DNA of 62,944 nt, filler included, from Sphacelaria rigidula (lineage: Eukaryota): assembly GCA_964200075.2 (NCBI GenBank). It is 7 parts of 7 records of this genome, joined end to end, with 100 filler letters (N's around TTAATTAATTAA, not from the genome) between each part and the next. Parts side by side here need not be neighbours in the genome. Positions count along the whole stretch, not along the records: positions 45,035 to 53,939 come from CAXNAA020009788.1; positions 54,040 to 62,944 come from CAXNAA020009789.1; 5 more parts are not named here. One strand, 5' to 3'. A program made the translations under genes and the position numbers. Of this stretch, positions 46,800 to 60,400 are shown piece by piece (positions within the stretch are counted from its first letter, which is position 1; each line of letters begins with the position of its first letter). Under the pieces are notes generated by a model. The model did not search any database. It was not told where the DNA came from and saw only the letters and a program-made list of their open reading frames with translations.

Positions 46800-47750
46800 G
46801 ATCTCTCATTCATCCCCCCAACTGGTGTGTGGCAGGCTCTTGTCCTCGTCCCGCACGCACAGGGACACATGTCGGGGGAAATCAACGACGAATGATACCC
46901 CCCCCCCAAGTTGCGGCTAGATCTGTTATTGCCGCAACACCGTCCTCGCTGGCACGTGTGTGACAGAGAACAGTAACGGTGAAGGAAACATCACCCTGCT
47001 TTTCAACGACGTGTTATACAGCGCACAGAGGCGCGCCCTGTCTAAAAGAAAGGCAGAGGGGTATTCATGTATCAGTCAGTCACAGCGGTATCTTCCCGAG
47101 TTTTGTGTTGAACATCATGGGAAGTTTCCACAATAAGCTTCTTATAGTATATGCGTAGATTGGTCATGTTCTTTAACCGTTTTTGTGGATGTGTTTATTA
47201 TCTAATAGACTGCTGTTGGGTAGGCCAAGAGGTGATCATCGCCTCGAGGCTTACTACCTTTGTTCTTTAACCTAATGCTACCATTGTTGGGGCCAAGAGC
47301 CCCGGAGAAGCAGAGATGAGTGGCTAGGGTCATCATCGATTACCGAATAGGCTAGCGTAACGGGCCGTACGGACTGATCATCCGTACTGAGAGGCAGAGA
47401 GGAACCAGCCTCTGCATTGGTGAGTTCCACAGACTAGAAGAGACGACACCCCTTGGGACCTCGATGTTCTTTGGGGGGCTGTGCAGCAATCACCCACCTA
47501 TCGGCACATGAGAAATTGGGTACATGCTGGTAACATGATGCCAATCTCTCAAGCGATTCGGAATCGCCTAGCGAGGGCACACAAAGGACACGGGCGTGGA
47601 GGTTCCTCTCTGCCGCTACTCCTCCGGTGGTATCGTCATCAACACGTATGTACACCGCATTCGTTCGGTGCACCTAGCTACAACTGGTCAAGTGCTGCAG
47701 ATTTTCTGGGGAAGATGGTTTCCCTTGGTGTCACTGTCTCGCGCTTGACT
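46800..47750 (+). mobile_element. Plavaka-like repeat family copy, interrupted by a 333-bp insertion (47059-47391)
   Basis: Colinear with the reverse complement of ~5009-5590 (EGNITLLFNDVLYSAQR..GHTKDTGVEVPLCRYSSGGIVINTYVH). The insertion is flanked by AGGCAGAG at 47051-47058 and 47392-47399. Confidence 0.6.
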
Positions 47751-48849
47751 TCAACCTCATTTTGGTGCTCAACCTCATTTTTTACGATCGGCTGTTTGCT
47801 CTGAGTCAGACCTTCTCCCTCCCCGCCCCCCGAGGTTTCCCCCCCCACTCCTCTGTTCGTGCTTATTGTTAATTTGCTTTTATTGAGGGCGGTGGGTCGG
47901 TAGGGAGACTCCTTCGATGAGCCGACCTTGACACCCTAGTTCTCCTCGGCGACGTGTGCAATTCGAGGCGTCTTTTTGCGTTGTTTGTGTCACGAATCGA
48001 TGGTTACAGTCTAGAGGTGAAGGGTGCCACTCCGCGGGCACCCGAGCAGTCGTGCTCAACCACATTCAAAGACATTGATTCGTTTGAGTTCGACTTACAT
48101 AGGAGGGAGCCAACAGATGTTCATACAGGCGGGTGGCATGCACCTAGCCAGCGAGGATGTTAGCACAACATCCGTTGCAGGGAAGTCAGGCTTACTTTAG
48201 AAGTAGATCAGAGACACTTCTGATATCGCAGTCCGTAGATGGCGTAAATGCTTCTTGTATTATCGGCAAACAGGCTAGTGGCTGCTGTACTTGTTGGGAT
48301 CCGTCCTGAAACGCTTTGTAAATACATGGGGGGGCGGTAGAAAAATCTAGGACACGAAAAAATGTAGTATGACCCATCAGATACCAAGCATAAAAGAATA
48401 TGACACATGGAGACTAGTCGATTGGAAAAGCATTAATAAATCCGGAACACTCGCCCAGCCTTATTTATAAGGCTAAACTAAAATTATTCAAGAGCTGGAA
48501 GGGCCGGAACAAAATCAAAGCCTGTGCATCATAAGCCTGAAGGCAAAACGAGGAAAGCCTGCAAAATCACAGTGTAGGGAGAAACTCATTGCAGATCTAA
48601 TGGATAGATACACCCTGTTAAGCAGGGGAAAATTATATCCGTTAGGAGAGAAAAAAATCTGTAGTGCCCTTTCCAACGACAGAAACACCAGACGAGTGCG
48701 GTCGCTGTCGTTTTCCTGGAATCTCAGTTAGACCGGAGAACGATTGGCTGTCTAGCTAATCGCGCGTCGACACCCCGGATTAGCTGCAATGAATACAAGG
48801 ACAGTGGGGGACTCACAGCATATCCAGTACTGGCTGGATCGCTAAAAAA

Positions 48850-49600
48850 ACTCTCCACGAACTGATCAATTATAGGGTTAGGGTTAGCTCAAGTGCTGAA
48901 GCGGCATCGATTTCACTTGAAAAAGTATACGTGATCCAGATGGGCTACCCTTCTCGCGGAACCCTTAGACCGCGGTCACCGTACTTGTGCCATTGAAATT
49001 GATGGCGATTCAGCAGGTGACCTACCCTTGCGGTCAAATAGGATAGGGTTAACAAGCCTTGTTCCACGAGTGTTTTCGTTGGGTGCACATTGCTCTGTAC
49101 CGTAGTGCTGAACGCTATCACTGCTCTGTCCCTATCTCTATATGCGTGACGACCGGTACTGTATCCGTTGCTTGAACCAACCATCGATGATGCGACAACC
49201 GCTCGTTGGTAGTGGAACAGCCTAGCTTGACCCTGACACCCCGAGATCGCAACAGTACAGCAGTGTTCCACAACCCACCGGATCACAAAAGACCGGCGCG
49301 CTGTGAGTTATGCGTCCAATTATTGTGTCGATGCGGAGAGATTCTGGAAGCATTTCCGCGTCGCGGCGTTCGTGAACGGCAAATGAGCAGGAAAAGAGTC
49401 GAATGTGTGGGCGCCATGGTTGGAGTTTGGCGCGTAGACTCCCTTGCGCGAGATGTGCCGCATCAAGTACAGCGTAGGGAGCGATGGCCTAGCAAAGGTA
49501 CGTTCTCGGTCGATCGGTGGCCCAGATAAGGTACGATTGAAAAGTAATTCCAAGATTAGGTATACCTTGGCGAAATTTAGTCGACAAAAGGTAAGTGGTT
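48850..49600 (-). mobile_element. Degenerate Ty3/Gypsy RNase H-region remnant
   Basis: AVAISG..ARLF..VVASSMVG..DRAVIAFS resembles Gypsy RNase H (AISG.RPF.L.TDAS.VG...VIAF.S). Heavily mutated; boundaries uncertain. Confidence 0.4.
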
Positions 49601-51553
49601 TCTGGAGGCGAGACGTCCGTTTTCGCGTGGCCGTATCTCTCGAGTAACATGTTGTTTCCCGTTTATTTCGAGGTCCGGGTGTCAATGCCGCCACCGAATG
49701 ATGTGCATGAAAAATTCGGAGCGAAAATGGTCAAAATGGCGTGTTTGGCTGTTTTCGCGTTTCTGGCCATTTTTCGTACCTTTCTTAGGCAAACAACGAT
49801 AAGGTAAAGCTTTTCTAGGCCATTGCCCTTGAAACAACACGAGTCCATGGAGGTCGTCCTCTGACCCCACCAGTTTGTCCCCTTCAAACTGATGCAACAC
49901 CGCCGGAATACCTGGATGCAGCAGCAGCGAGGAATGGCTTGAAATAGTACCTGCTGGCCTTCTAGACGCCTCTAATTCGGCGTGCGCAGTCTGTACGGTA
50001 CGTTCCGACGCCTGCGTGTCTATTGCCCTCGCTGCTAGCAGCATTCCCCGGTGAATGTCGAAATTTGATGAAGGACGACGAGCGTAATGCAGGTTACATC
50101 CAAGTCCGACATCGCAAAAGCAGATGACGCATGTGCCTGATTATGTTTGCCGTGCTAAGGAAAACTAGAAGCGATTCAGCGAGTCCCATTTCAAGGCTCT
50201 GCCAATCCTGCTCTAACCTAGCTTTTTCTGCAGCTGGCGAAATCGTATAGCACCGAACCAACTAATCCCACGCTTCGCTGGGGCACCAGAACACTGAATA
50301 TGCTCGACGATCTGAGTTAAAGTATGCTCGGTCTACTATTGCTGAATCACTAAACCGTCTCCTGAGGTCTTCGTCGGATCCAAAGAAAAAATTACAGGTT
50401 CTTGGGTATAAAAAGCATCAAAGCATTTTTCCTCTCATAGGTATGCAACCATCTGGACTCGAAACCTGAACTTCCGGTTCTCGCTTGCTTACACGGAGCC
50501 ATTCCAAGGGGGCACGCATTTGCTTGAGCTGTTTGCTCCGACACGTACTGTTGTCCGATGGGTTGAGTGGAGTAATGCTACTGATCTCTGTTTACTGAAC
50601 TCGATTTAACAGGGATGCCTTGCGTCAAACCTTCACCCTCACTTTGCACACATCTATCGCGCTCATTTTCTGCTATTGGCTCGCGTTTTGCGGCTCCAAG
50701 CATCTTCTCTTGATTAGTGCCAATTATTCTTGACTCGTTTCTCAATCTGTCTTCTGTATTCATCTTCGTGTTCGGGCTCATGGTCCAAACGCCTCTTTGT
50801 CTTAAGTCTGTTGACTGATATTCACTTGACTGTCTGTTCTCCCTACTATTGACTCCATTCTTGTCCTCCCAAACTTGACTGTGTTTCCTTTGTAAAGTTC
50901 TTTGCGCTAGCCCGCGTAATTGATCCCTCCCAGCACCTATAAAATCTCGAGGGAAGACATCACAGAGGGGATAGTTTACTCACTTTTTTATTTTGCACTC
51001 ATGCAATATTGCCCCTCACCACTTCATATACACACCATGCACCCGAAGCTCCGTTAAAGCACTGAAGCAAAGTGGAGTGACTACACGCGGCGCCTCATGA
51101 CCACTGATGTATACGCGGTACATATGGCGTCACATGTATTATGGCCACGCTTCATCGTGGCTGGCCCAATCTTTTAGTACCTCGCTGTTCCTATTACGTA
51201 CCTATCCCACTCTACCTGCACACAATCCAATAGTTATATGCGTAAACACACCATGGTGAAGTGGCAGCTCCAGCACACGAGAGAGGGCGCGTGCGTGAGT
51301 TTGTGCTGCAGTACAGGGACACAGGACATGCTCCATGTTTTAGTCCTTCGCCCGATTGTGAACAGGTTCTCGCTTTTGGGCGGGTGCTGAGTTTGAACGA
51401 TCGGCCACAATCGCGCTTCCTTTCACTCACATTGAGTTACCTCTATGTGTGTCGGAGGTCTGCCTCGTGGTGCGGGCTACGCCCGCTAATTTGATTTCAA
51501 GTAAATAACTCTGTTCCGATGAAAGTTTTGCCAAAATCCACACCCCCGACATG

Positions 51554-51660
51554 ATAAATTACATTGTCAAAAAAGTGTACTGCGTTCAGAATTGGCAATT
51601 ACATAGTAGACCTAACGGTTGATTCCGTACGTAGTACACTTTTTCGGCAATGTAATCTAT
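51554..51660. repeat. 32-bp inverted repeat with ~43-nt spacer
   Basis: ATAAATTACATTGTCAAAAAAGTGTACTGCGT pairs with ACGTAGTACACTTTTTCGGCAATGTAATCTAT. Confidence 0.8.
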
Positions 51661-52626
51661 TGTCCAGGGTTTGCCAAAATCTCAAAAACGTAGCCCGACT
51701 CACCCTACAAGCTGGTTCACGCTCATTACCCTAGAAACACTCATCTGCAGAACTTCACGCCGTTTCTCAAGACCATGACAGTTTTAACAAATATCGTACG
51801 GGTAATTACTCAACTTTCGAAGAAGGACTTTGTCCTTCACTTTTTTCTTATTCTACCGTTTTACGAGGGTCCCACGGTTCTCGGGAAACTTCGACCCCGT
51901 CAGATCCCGAAAAACGGTAAAAATCAAAACGTCGAAAATCATTGCTCATCAAAAGTTGCGTGATGAACCATAGCACGTGTGTCCAAAGTTTCAGAGTCTA
52001 AATCCAAAACTCGGCGTGAATTTTTGCGACTTTGTGCAATGAAGTGAGCGTGAAATGTGCAAACTCCTCACTACTTGGTTTCAGTATGAATACGTCTTGT
52101 TCGTGTATAGTTAACGTCAAATAGAAAAATGCTGAGGTTTTCGAGTTTCTCAATCAAACGTTGTACATATATTCCATGGACTTCCCGGTACGCATCATTT
52201 ATTGATCGCTTTTTGACATTATGTTCCGCCCTCCGGGGGTCTTCACACTGGGATCCCCGGAAGCCGGTAAGGACGGGGAAACTTTGAAATAATGTCAACA
52301 ATACATTCTTCATTTTTCTCATCTGGGGTTCCAACACCTACGGAACTGCCAAGTTTGGACGCGATCTCAGCTTTTCTTCGACAGATGTGAGGGAAACCAT
52401 CGGGAGGCTTCCTGGGTCTTTGGTGTGTATCATCAGTGGAAATCCGACGACGCCAAAACCCCGCATGATCGGACACCACGGTTTCGGGTAGAATTCGATC
52501 CCGTAGCAACCGTCTTCAAAAAAACAAAATCGTGTTAGGTTCCCGAGCTGATGGCGGTTACTACGAGTTGAAGCATGTAACAGCCTATCATCGAAATTGA
52601 GAATGGAGCCTTTCATTGAGGATGAT

Positions 52627-53350
52627 ATGCCTTGAGGAAGAGAGGCGTTCGGCTGGGATCCCACCATGCATTAGTTGCATGTGGTTCGCCTTTTGGCGTA
52701 GAGTCTGGTCTTCCCTGTGAGCCCCCGTATCCCCTGCCCTGCCCCGAGTTGCCTTTTTTTCTTTCTAGCTAGCGCATCATAGCATTGTGTGCTCTTCCGT
52801 TTAATCGCTAGCCGCCGCAGCATTGTGTGCTCCTGCGCTTTTCAGCGCAACTGCGCAATTGCGCAATTGCGCGTCCTCGAAGCAAGTTTTTTTTTTCTTG
52901 TGTCAGGTGCGTGGGAGGATCGGGCGAAGAGTTGGCCATCGCCCCATGGAGGACTGTTTTTTTTCTGGGACAGAAGTTCCTTTTGGTTTGCCTTCCTCCC
53001 ACTCATGACTTCACGAGTGAAGAAAAGCCTCAGTTTTCGTTGCTTTGATATTCCTCATCGCAACTGTACTGAAGGCTAGTCTGGATGGGCTAGTGTCATG
53101 AGGTGGAGAGGAGTTTACAGTACCTCCTCGTCAGACCCGTAGATCACACGCATTATACAGTTATGGGATCTTCCTGTACAAAACCGTCAGGTTGATCAAA
53201 GTGAGAACAAGCTTCCTATTTGATTTACTAGGTACGAGAACCTGCTACGACAAACATAGAGTGTGAGTTGACACTCGATATTGATCGTGCCCTTATTTCA
53301 CAAGGGCAGTTCTAGCTGATACAAGAAGTATCCAGCCTGTCACCGTGACA
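52627..53350 (+). mobile_element. Truncated Gypsy 3' end (3' UTR, PPT, ~237-bp LTR) inserted in a foldback element
   Basis: ~52760-53113 is homologous to ~2990-3350. PPT GAGGTGGAGAGGAG 53100-53113, then a putative LTR 53114-53350 ending CCGTGACA. The host element stops at 52626 and resumes at 53351. Confidence 0.75.
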
Positions 53351-53939
53351 GAGAACCCGGAGAATGAAAATCTTCGTACCTACACCAAATACTCGAAATA
53401 TGGTCCCATTCCTTCACCTACTGTTCGAATCACCAGAATTCCCCGGAATCGATTTTTAATCTAGGACCAAGGGTCCGTCAACAGAAACGATTCGGACACG
53501 GAGGCCCCCCCCCCTCCCCCCCTCCTGCCGGAAAGCAATTTTTCGAAATTCGTCATGACTTTTTGCATTTGCTTCGGTGATTTTGTTCGTGATTTTTTTC
53601 ATTTATTTTTGAAATTGTCGAAAACAAATTATCAACACTGACTAAACCCGAAAATTCTGGTGGGCTTTGCGAGGTTCGTATCTTTGCGTCTGCTCCTTGA
53701 CCGTCCTGTCCCAATGACCTCGGATGCCGGCAACGCTCATACACACGTATGTACAATACACTAGCGCACGGTAGCGACAGCCTGTAGCCAAAGCAGCAAC
53801 ATTACCTCACGCGTCGCCAAAATTTGTCCGGACTACTACTACGGCGTAGTGGTCGGTAGTCGAGGCACACGACACGGAACATGATCCAACAACAAATTGT
53901 GAGAATTGAGGTTTAACTTCGAGATGAGGCTCAAGCCTA

Positions 53940-54039
53940 NNNNNNNNNNNNNNNNNNNNNNNNNNNNNNNNNNNNNNNNNNNNTTAATTAATTAANNNNN
54001 NNNNNNNNNNNNNNNNNNNNNNNNNNNNNNNNNNNNNNN
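53940..54039. other. Artificial contig spacer
   Basis: N44-TTAATTAATTAA-N44. Confidence 0.99.
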
Positions 54040-54104
54040 CCCCGGCAGTCACAAAAACAGCAAGAGGGAAAACGGAAACCCCCCACAAGCCCGTGAAAAC
54101 CCAG

Positions 54105-54138
<34 letters not shown>

Positions 54139-54440
54139 AGCGCGCACAACAGTACCCCAGTACCCCAGTTACACCATCCAAAGCTTATCTGGTTTCCGGA
54201 TACACACACATACACATATGCAATTTTTTTTTTTTTTTTTATTGATTGTCGCACGTTAACTGACCCCCCAGGGGTCCAGCCGTGATCTCATGATAGACGT
54301 ACCCAAGAAAAACGAAACTGAAATACGCTCTGAGAAAAGAAGGAGCAGAAAAAAAAGGGGGGGGTCGAACAGAACGACATAGCAGACTACGTCGTAACAA
54401 ATATACACACAGACACACACACACGCCCGCTCGTGCGCAC

Positions 54441-57400
54441 CTGCCACGCCGCTGAATCTGCTCCCGCTAATAAGCGTATCAAGTCCCCACTGGGCCCGGC
54501 CCCTGCGGCTGAGTGCGCCACCCTAAGCGCTCCGTCCGCCACAGGCTTCTGGCGCCGGCGCTCGCCTACCGTCATCACCGCTGCCTTAGCAAGACGGTCC
54601 GTGGCCGCCGCCCACGTGAGCTTGTATCTAGGGAAATATGGCATGGGGGACAGAATTGAGGTAAGAAACTGAGATACAGAGACGAAGGCAAAGTCAAGAG
54701 GAGGAGGAGGATATGTCGGCTTCTCGCAAAACAAAATCCCGTGAGATCAACAATCCCGTCCCTCGCGGTCAATGATAAGACTGGGGTAAGCGCCTAATGA
54801 GTACGCCCCCCTCCCCGCCCCTCGCCCTTGGCCCGGCGAAACTCGGCATGCTCCGTCCCGGCTTTGTAGGGATGCGAGGTCAATCGTTCAATCACCACGG
54901 CATGCAAGATCATGAGTACACCCCTTCCATCGCGAGACTACAGTGTGAACCCTGCTTCATTTCTGGTTCATTCCACTACCTCTCCTATCTATCTCTTATC
55001 CTATGGGGGACGAGGACGGGGACGGGGGGGGTTACCAGGCCGGTATGTGCTGGGGAAAAAGCCCGACCGTGTGAAAATATTGGTCAGAGAGAGGTTTGAG
55101 CCCACTTTACTGTAAGGTTGAACCAGATGCGAATGGAGACAACACCGTCAATGACAGAAGGTGCTCTTCACCACGGCCGCATTTTCCCCTGAATGATGAA
55201 TGCCAGCCAGGAGAGAGGCAAGATACTTGGGCGGTGTTTTCATTTTACACACGGGTTTGATGTGTATTGTTAACTGCCAAATACCCGCCCCTTCCACAAG
55301 AACGACCCCGTCTCAAGTCGTGTGTGTATCGAAGAATTGATCACCCACCTAACAATCAAGGCGGTCGGCCTGATAAACTCCGGCGGTACAAAGGGGCACC
55401 TAGGATGTGTGTGCCGGACGATCGCTATTATAGTTGTGACTCCGATAAGCTCGCATCTAGGTTGACAAGGAGACTCGTAGTGTAATACAGTCAGTGAGCA
55501 CGAGAAGATCGACACCCAAATAATGGTATCCATTGCAGCGTCAAGATGTCAGCCACCTACCTCACCACACACTCCGCTACACGTATGGGGGGTTGAGCCT
55601 CGTGACTGCAGAGTGCTTGCATAAAATATTGAGAACCCAGGGGGCTGCTGCCCCTGCTGACCATCATGGACCTCTTAACGTCTATTTCCCCTTCACCCAA
55701 GAGTCTCACACACATAGAGCCCACAGCCCCCGCCATTCATTAATCCACCCTCTGTATAAGACAAGGGTTCATCCCCCCCCTCCCTCCCCCCAAGCACTAG
55801 ATTAGTACGCCCCCCTGCCCCTTCCCCCGCCCCACCCAAATCAGCAGCGTCGGCTTGTGACCGCAAGAATTCACGACCAACATCGACCATGCATGATCAA
55901 CACCCGGCGAGGTGGCAATATATTTATTTTGTGTAGTATGTCACACGAACCTTAGATCCGGAGACAGTTCCTCGGGTTTGTGCCGCAGCGCCCAGCTAAT
56001 GCAGGCGGAGAAGTCCTCGGGCGAGTCAAAAGGAAGGCAGTTGGGAAACTGCAGGAAGAACTCGTTCGACGGATGTCGCGCGCACACTACCCACTTCCCC
56101 ATCGCCAAAGCCTCCGCCACAGTCGTGCAAAGCACTTCGCTCACCTGTGAACAGCACAGGAAAGAACGAAAAAAGACACACAGAAAGGATGTGATGATGT
56201 AGACATGAGCTTGCAGGAGCACGATCGGATCGGAGTGTCGTGAAACAGCCATTTTGAGCTGAGACGATGGGTACATGAAGCTATGTAGATAGCAAGTTAT
56301 ACCCTGTTTCCTTGACGCAAACGCTCCGGGCTTGCAGTGCATGCGAGTCCTGACGGAACTGTTGCCCCCCCTTTTTTTTTTCAACGCACCAAGACCTGAG
56401 AAGGGTAAGAAGCTTTCTTTAAATGACCGTCGCGCGTGAAAAGCGTCGAGAAGGAGCTCTCGTCCTGTACTTTATTACCACATCTGCTTAAAAAAAAAAG
56501 AGCGATATGCGCCTCTCAGTACATGGCTAAATGAGCGCGTTGTCCCGCCATTGCCACACCATACCAAAGACAGCGTGCGGGAAGTTTCAATAAATGAATA
56601 AATGAATAAATGAAAAAATGAAAAAATGAATAGAATCTTCACGCTTTACGTCCACGTCTTCGAGGACCGCATGAGAAAACAAAAAACTCGGCTCTTGAAC
56701 AACATCACGACTACAAAACCTTCTGCACACGCAAAACAAATCAGCGAAATCGTGCCCTGCCAGTGAAAAAAAAAAAAAACGTGTATGCATTTATAGTCTC
56801 ACCGAGGGATTGACAAACACGCTGTACTTTCCGAGCTTCGAGTGATCCGTCGCCGGGAAAAAGGTCATGTCGCACCCCTCCTTCTTCGCCTTCTCCTCGA
56901 TCTTCTCCCGATCTGGCCCGCTGCCGTAGACGTCCAAGTGAAACGGCCGACCCAACCGTTTGCTGTTGTAAATTTGCAGGTCTATCAGCCTGTCGTATCC
57001 CTTGGCCCAAAGGCTCTTTCCCAGGAAATAGGCGCCGCCTGTCCGCGGCTACGAGCGACGCAGAGTTGGGGACGTATCACATATGGTGATAGCACCAGTC
57101 GGGGGGCTGGCTCATCATATCTAGTTTCATTGGTGCAAGCATCACTTCTTTCACAGGATCCGAGTGGGTTGTGGTTTCATAGAGCGTTCACCTCCTAAGG
57201 TGCAGCCAAGTACCTGACGCGCACTGCTTCGCTTGGGCTGTCAAGGCCCTCCCTTATACAGGAAACGTCCACATCGTGCTGCACGTTCACCCTACCCGGC
57301 GGGTAACCATTCCACACCGGCCACTGGCAAAATCCGTACGAGTGCTTGATCCCAACAAATGTACGCGCAATCCTCCACCGGTTCCTGCCAACTATCGCCG

Positions 57401-60400
57401 CGTTTTCTCCTTCTTCTTTATTGTTCATCTGTTTTTTTTTTTTTCATCCATTTTTTATTTCGATATACTTTTCTTTTATCTATTCATTTTTCAAAACTTT
57501 TAATCTCCCCCCTTGATTGAAAAAAATGCTCCATATTTTTACGGGATCAACCCGTGTGTGCCCGTGCGTTTTTCGTAACACATCTTCAACTCCTCCCCTT
57601 CGTCGGGACGAGTCCGTGGTGTCAAGGGATTGAGCTCGACTCTCCCCTTGAGTTTTTTTTATCACTCTTCGATCCCCTGCCTACCCATCGAACAAGCCTG
57701 TGGCCTTGAAAAGGTACCAACCCATCTCTACCCCGGCGCTAGACGACGTGATCTTTACCGTAGTTGCTTGCTTTAGCGATATAGCAGGGTATGATACGAG
57801 CAGAGTCTATCCCACTCATCTGTCACGACCACCGACGGCGATCACTTCCCAGCTCGTTCACCACAACGCCGATTGCTATACACGTTTTTTTTCTTCACCT
57901 GATGGTTGTGTGCGTCTCCGACCTCCAAGAACGTCTCTCGTACGCCGTGCACATTGCACACTACCTCTTTTTCGGGGGCGAGGCTCTGAATCACGGGGCT
58001 GAGCTTGATAATCTTGTGGCAGTACGCGCGCGCCATGATAATGTTCATGTACCTTTTAACCCCGGATAAAGTCAGGCAGAGAGAAACGGGAGAAGACGCG
58101 AAGGAGGGAGGAAACATGGGATAAAAATATCGCGAAATGTCGCCGTGCACGCAAGCAAAAAGTGGGTCGATACAGTACCACGCCTTCAATCCACGGCAAG
58201 GACCACACGGTCGCATACGAACAACCTTGTGCACCGTGTAAATATCCCTCGCGCACACGGGCTTCCCTGAAAGAAGGCACAAAGGTAGTCTGTTGCGTAA
58301 GTTCAGGCAACGGACAGTTTGTCACCACTTTATCCATTCGTAGCCGACAAACACACTGCTAGCTTTCTCCCCCGAGGAAGCACCAGTAAAACATAACAGC
58401 AACAACGGCGAACCCCAATGGAATATGACGGGAGCATTTGTTCTTGGTATGAAGAGGCCAATGGAGTGAACCGAACCATCTTGGACCCTCGCAACCGCGC
58501 ATAAACAGTCATCCTTGCCTCAATTGTCCACGTGTTGGGACAAGCGAACCAACACTCAAAACCTGAGTCCACGGCGCAGTGTATTTGTTCAAGGTCACGT
58601 ATGTCTGCCTACCATCGATCACTCTATATCTGTACTTCCCTCGAAAAGGGTTGCTGGTTGTGTGTGTCGTGTGTTGTCGTCCCATCACAGGAGGAAGGTC
58701 AATACAGGCACTTTTCTTTTCTAGTTGTTTCTAGTACCCCACCTTTCTGCGGTGCTTGCCTTCATTTTTTATCGCGAAAGGGGTTGAGCAATCCCTTTCC
58801 CTCGTGGACCGCAAAGTCGAGTTTTGTGTACCCACGACATAGTCGCCCTCCACTGTTGAGCATGGTGTGAGAAAAAATCCCAGATCGCTCCGAGATTGGA
58901 ACCCACGACCCAACCGTCAGAAGGTTCCGAGGTTACCAACTGAGCCACCGGGGCGACCGGCTTGCAGCTGGTATGTATAAGATTCCCAAATTCATCCCAG
59001 TGGAAAGGGTAAAAGGTGTGAGTCTGCCATACACCCTGTGAAATTACATGTACAGCACTTCAAAATGGTATTTTCGGGAAGTCGGACCGATGACACGCAA
59101 ATATCAACTGCTGAATAAGTGTTGCTCTTTCCCCATCGTTGCCACAAAGCACGCACCTGAGCATGAACGTCAGCACGGGAGCCCATACGGAGTACCCCGA
59201 CGAATACGCGAGATAGTTGGTGTGTACGATGCCGACAACATGCTTGAAAGCTCGTCGCCACGACCGCCCCGGAGCGCGGTACCAGTTCAGGTGCTCTGGC
59301 TCCTCCAATATACAAATATCTGCTTCCTCCGGAGGGATGAGTAGCGTCAAATCACCCATGGGGAAGATGCTTCCATAGTCTTTGTGATATCGCCCTTCAT
59401 AGAACATCTAAGCGGTTACCGAGGACAAGGGGGAGAATGGAAGGGAATAATACATTGAGCGACATGAAAGTAGATTCTATCGTGACGCGTACGTGCGAGT
59501 ACGTATTGGCCGTCGTCTAGCGCTTGTTCAACGGCTTGTTCTTGACACAACAGAGGTAGGCGCGTCGTCGATCGGAGTGTTCATGTGCCTCAATCGCGGA
59601 GTTTTGTGAATCGGATCTCGTGTACTGATTCTCTGTTAAGTGAGGGTCCTAAAACGCGTCACAGTCAGAGTGCGGGAAAAAAAAAACGATGCCATGTGCA
59701 ACGTGCGTGTGGCATCCATCCCTGGTCACGCTCGCACAAGATAACTTCACATTCATAGCACTTCATTTCTCTCAGAGAAAACAAGGTGGCCATGGCATAG
59801 CGGTGCAGACTCCCCATGATGAGGAAGTTGCACATGATTTCCGTTCCGTCATACTTTACATTCCTCTCCTCTTCCTCCGGACTAGTCCGTATTTCTTTCA
59901 ACACATCTCCCTCCTTGTACATGCTTGACACTGCTGTCGGGGATTGGACCAGCATTGCCACACCCCGTCGACTGTCGTCTGTAAAATTGCTACTCATGTC
60001 CCCACGTTTTTCATCGACGGAATTCAGTTTTTCTGCTCGAAATAAACCCGTCGGAGCTCGAACCCGTTACCTGATGCCTTGATCGGCTGTTGGCTCACCA
60101 CTCGGACAAAAGGGTCGTCGCGGCAAGGAACAGCACTACGTGGTTTCCCTACCCCGGTACTAGCCTGGCCCGAGATCGCTCAACTCGCAAGAGCGGAAGG
60201 AGTGTGGTGCGGTCCACGTCTTCCGACGAGTTGTCGGTATCTTGTCGGAAGCCCTTATAATAGAACCGAAGGATATTTCTCAAACTGCCTGCTGCAGTGC
60301 TCACCAAATTCAAGCGCTCAGACTCCAGCGTCAATCCCGCCTCTTTCAGCCAGTTTCGCACCCACGCCTCTTGCTCTTCCGGGGTTTCGAATATCACTCC

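Noticed and set aside
57060..57365. snoRNA/U3-like intronic RNA in DGD
   Set aside because: Only a short resemblance (CAGGATC); no convincing box C/D pair or terminal stem.
58885..58954. tRNA-Arg(TCT) gene
   Set aside because: The cloverleaf does not close, the T-loop is degenerate and a SINE-like body and tail follow.
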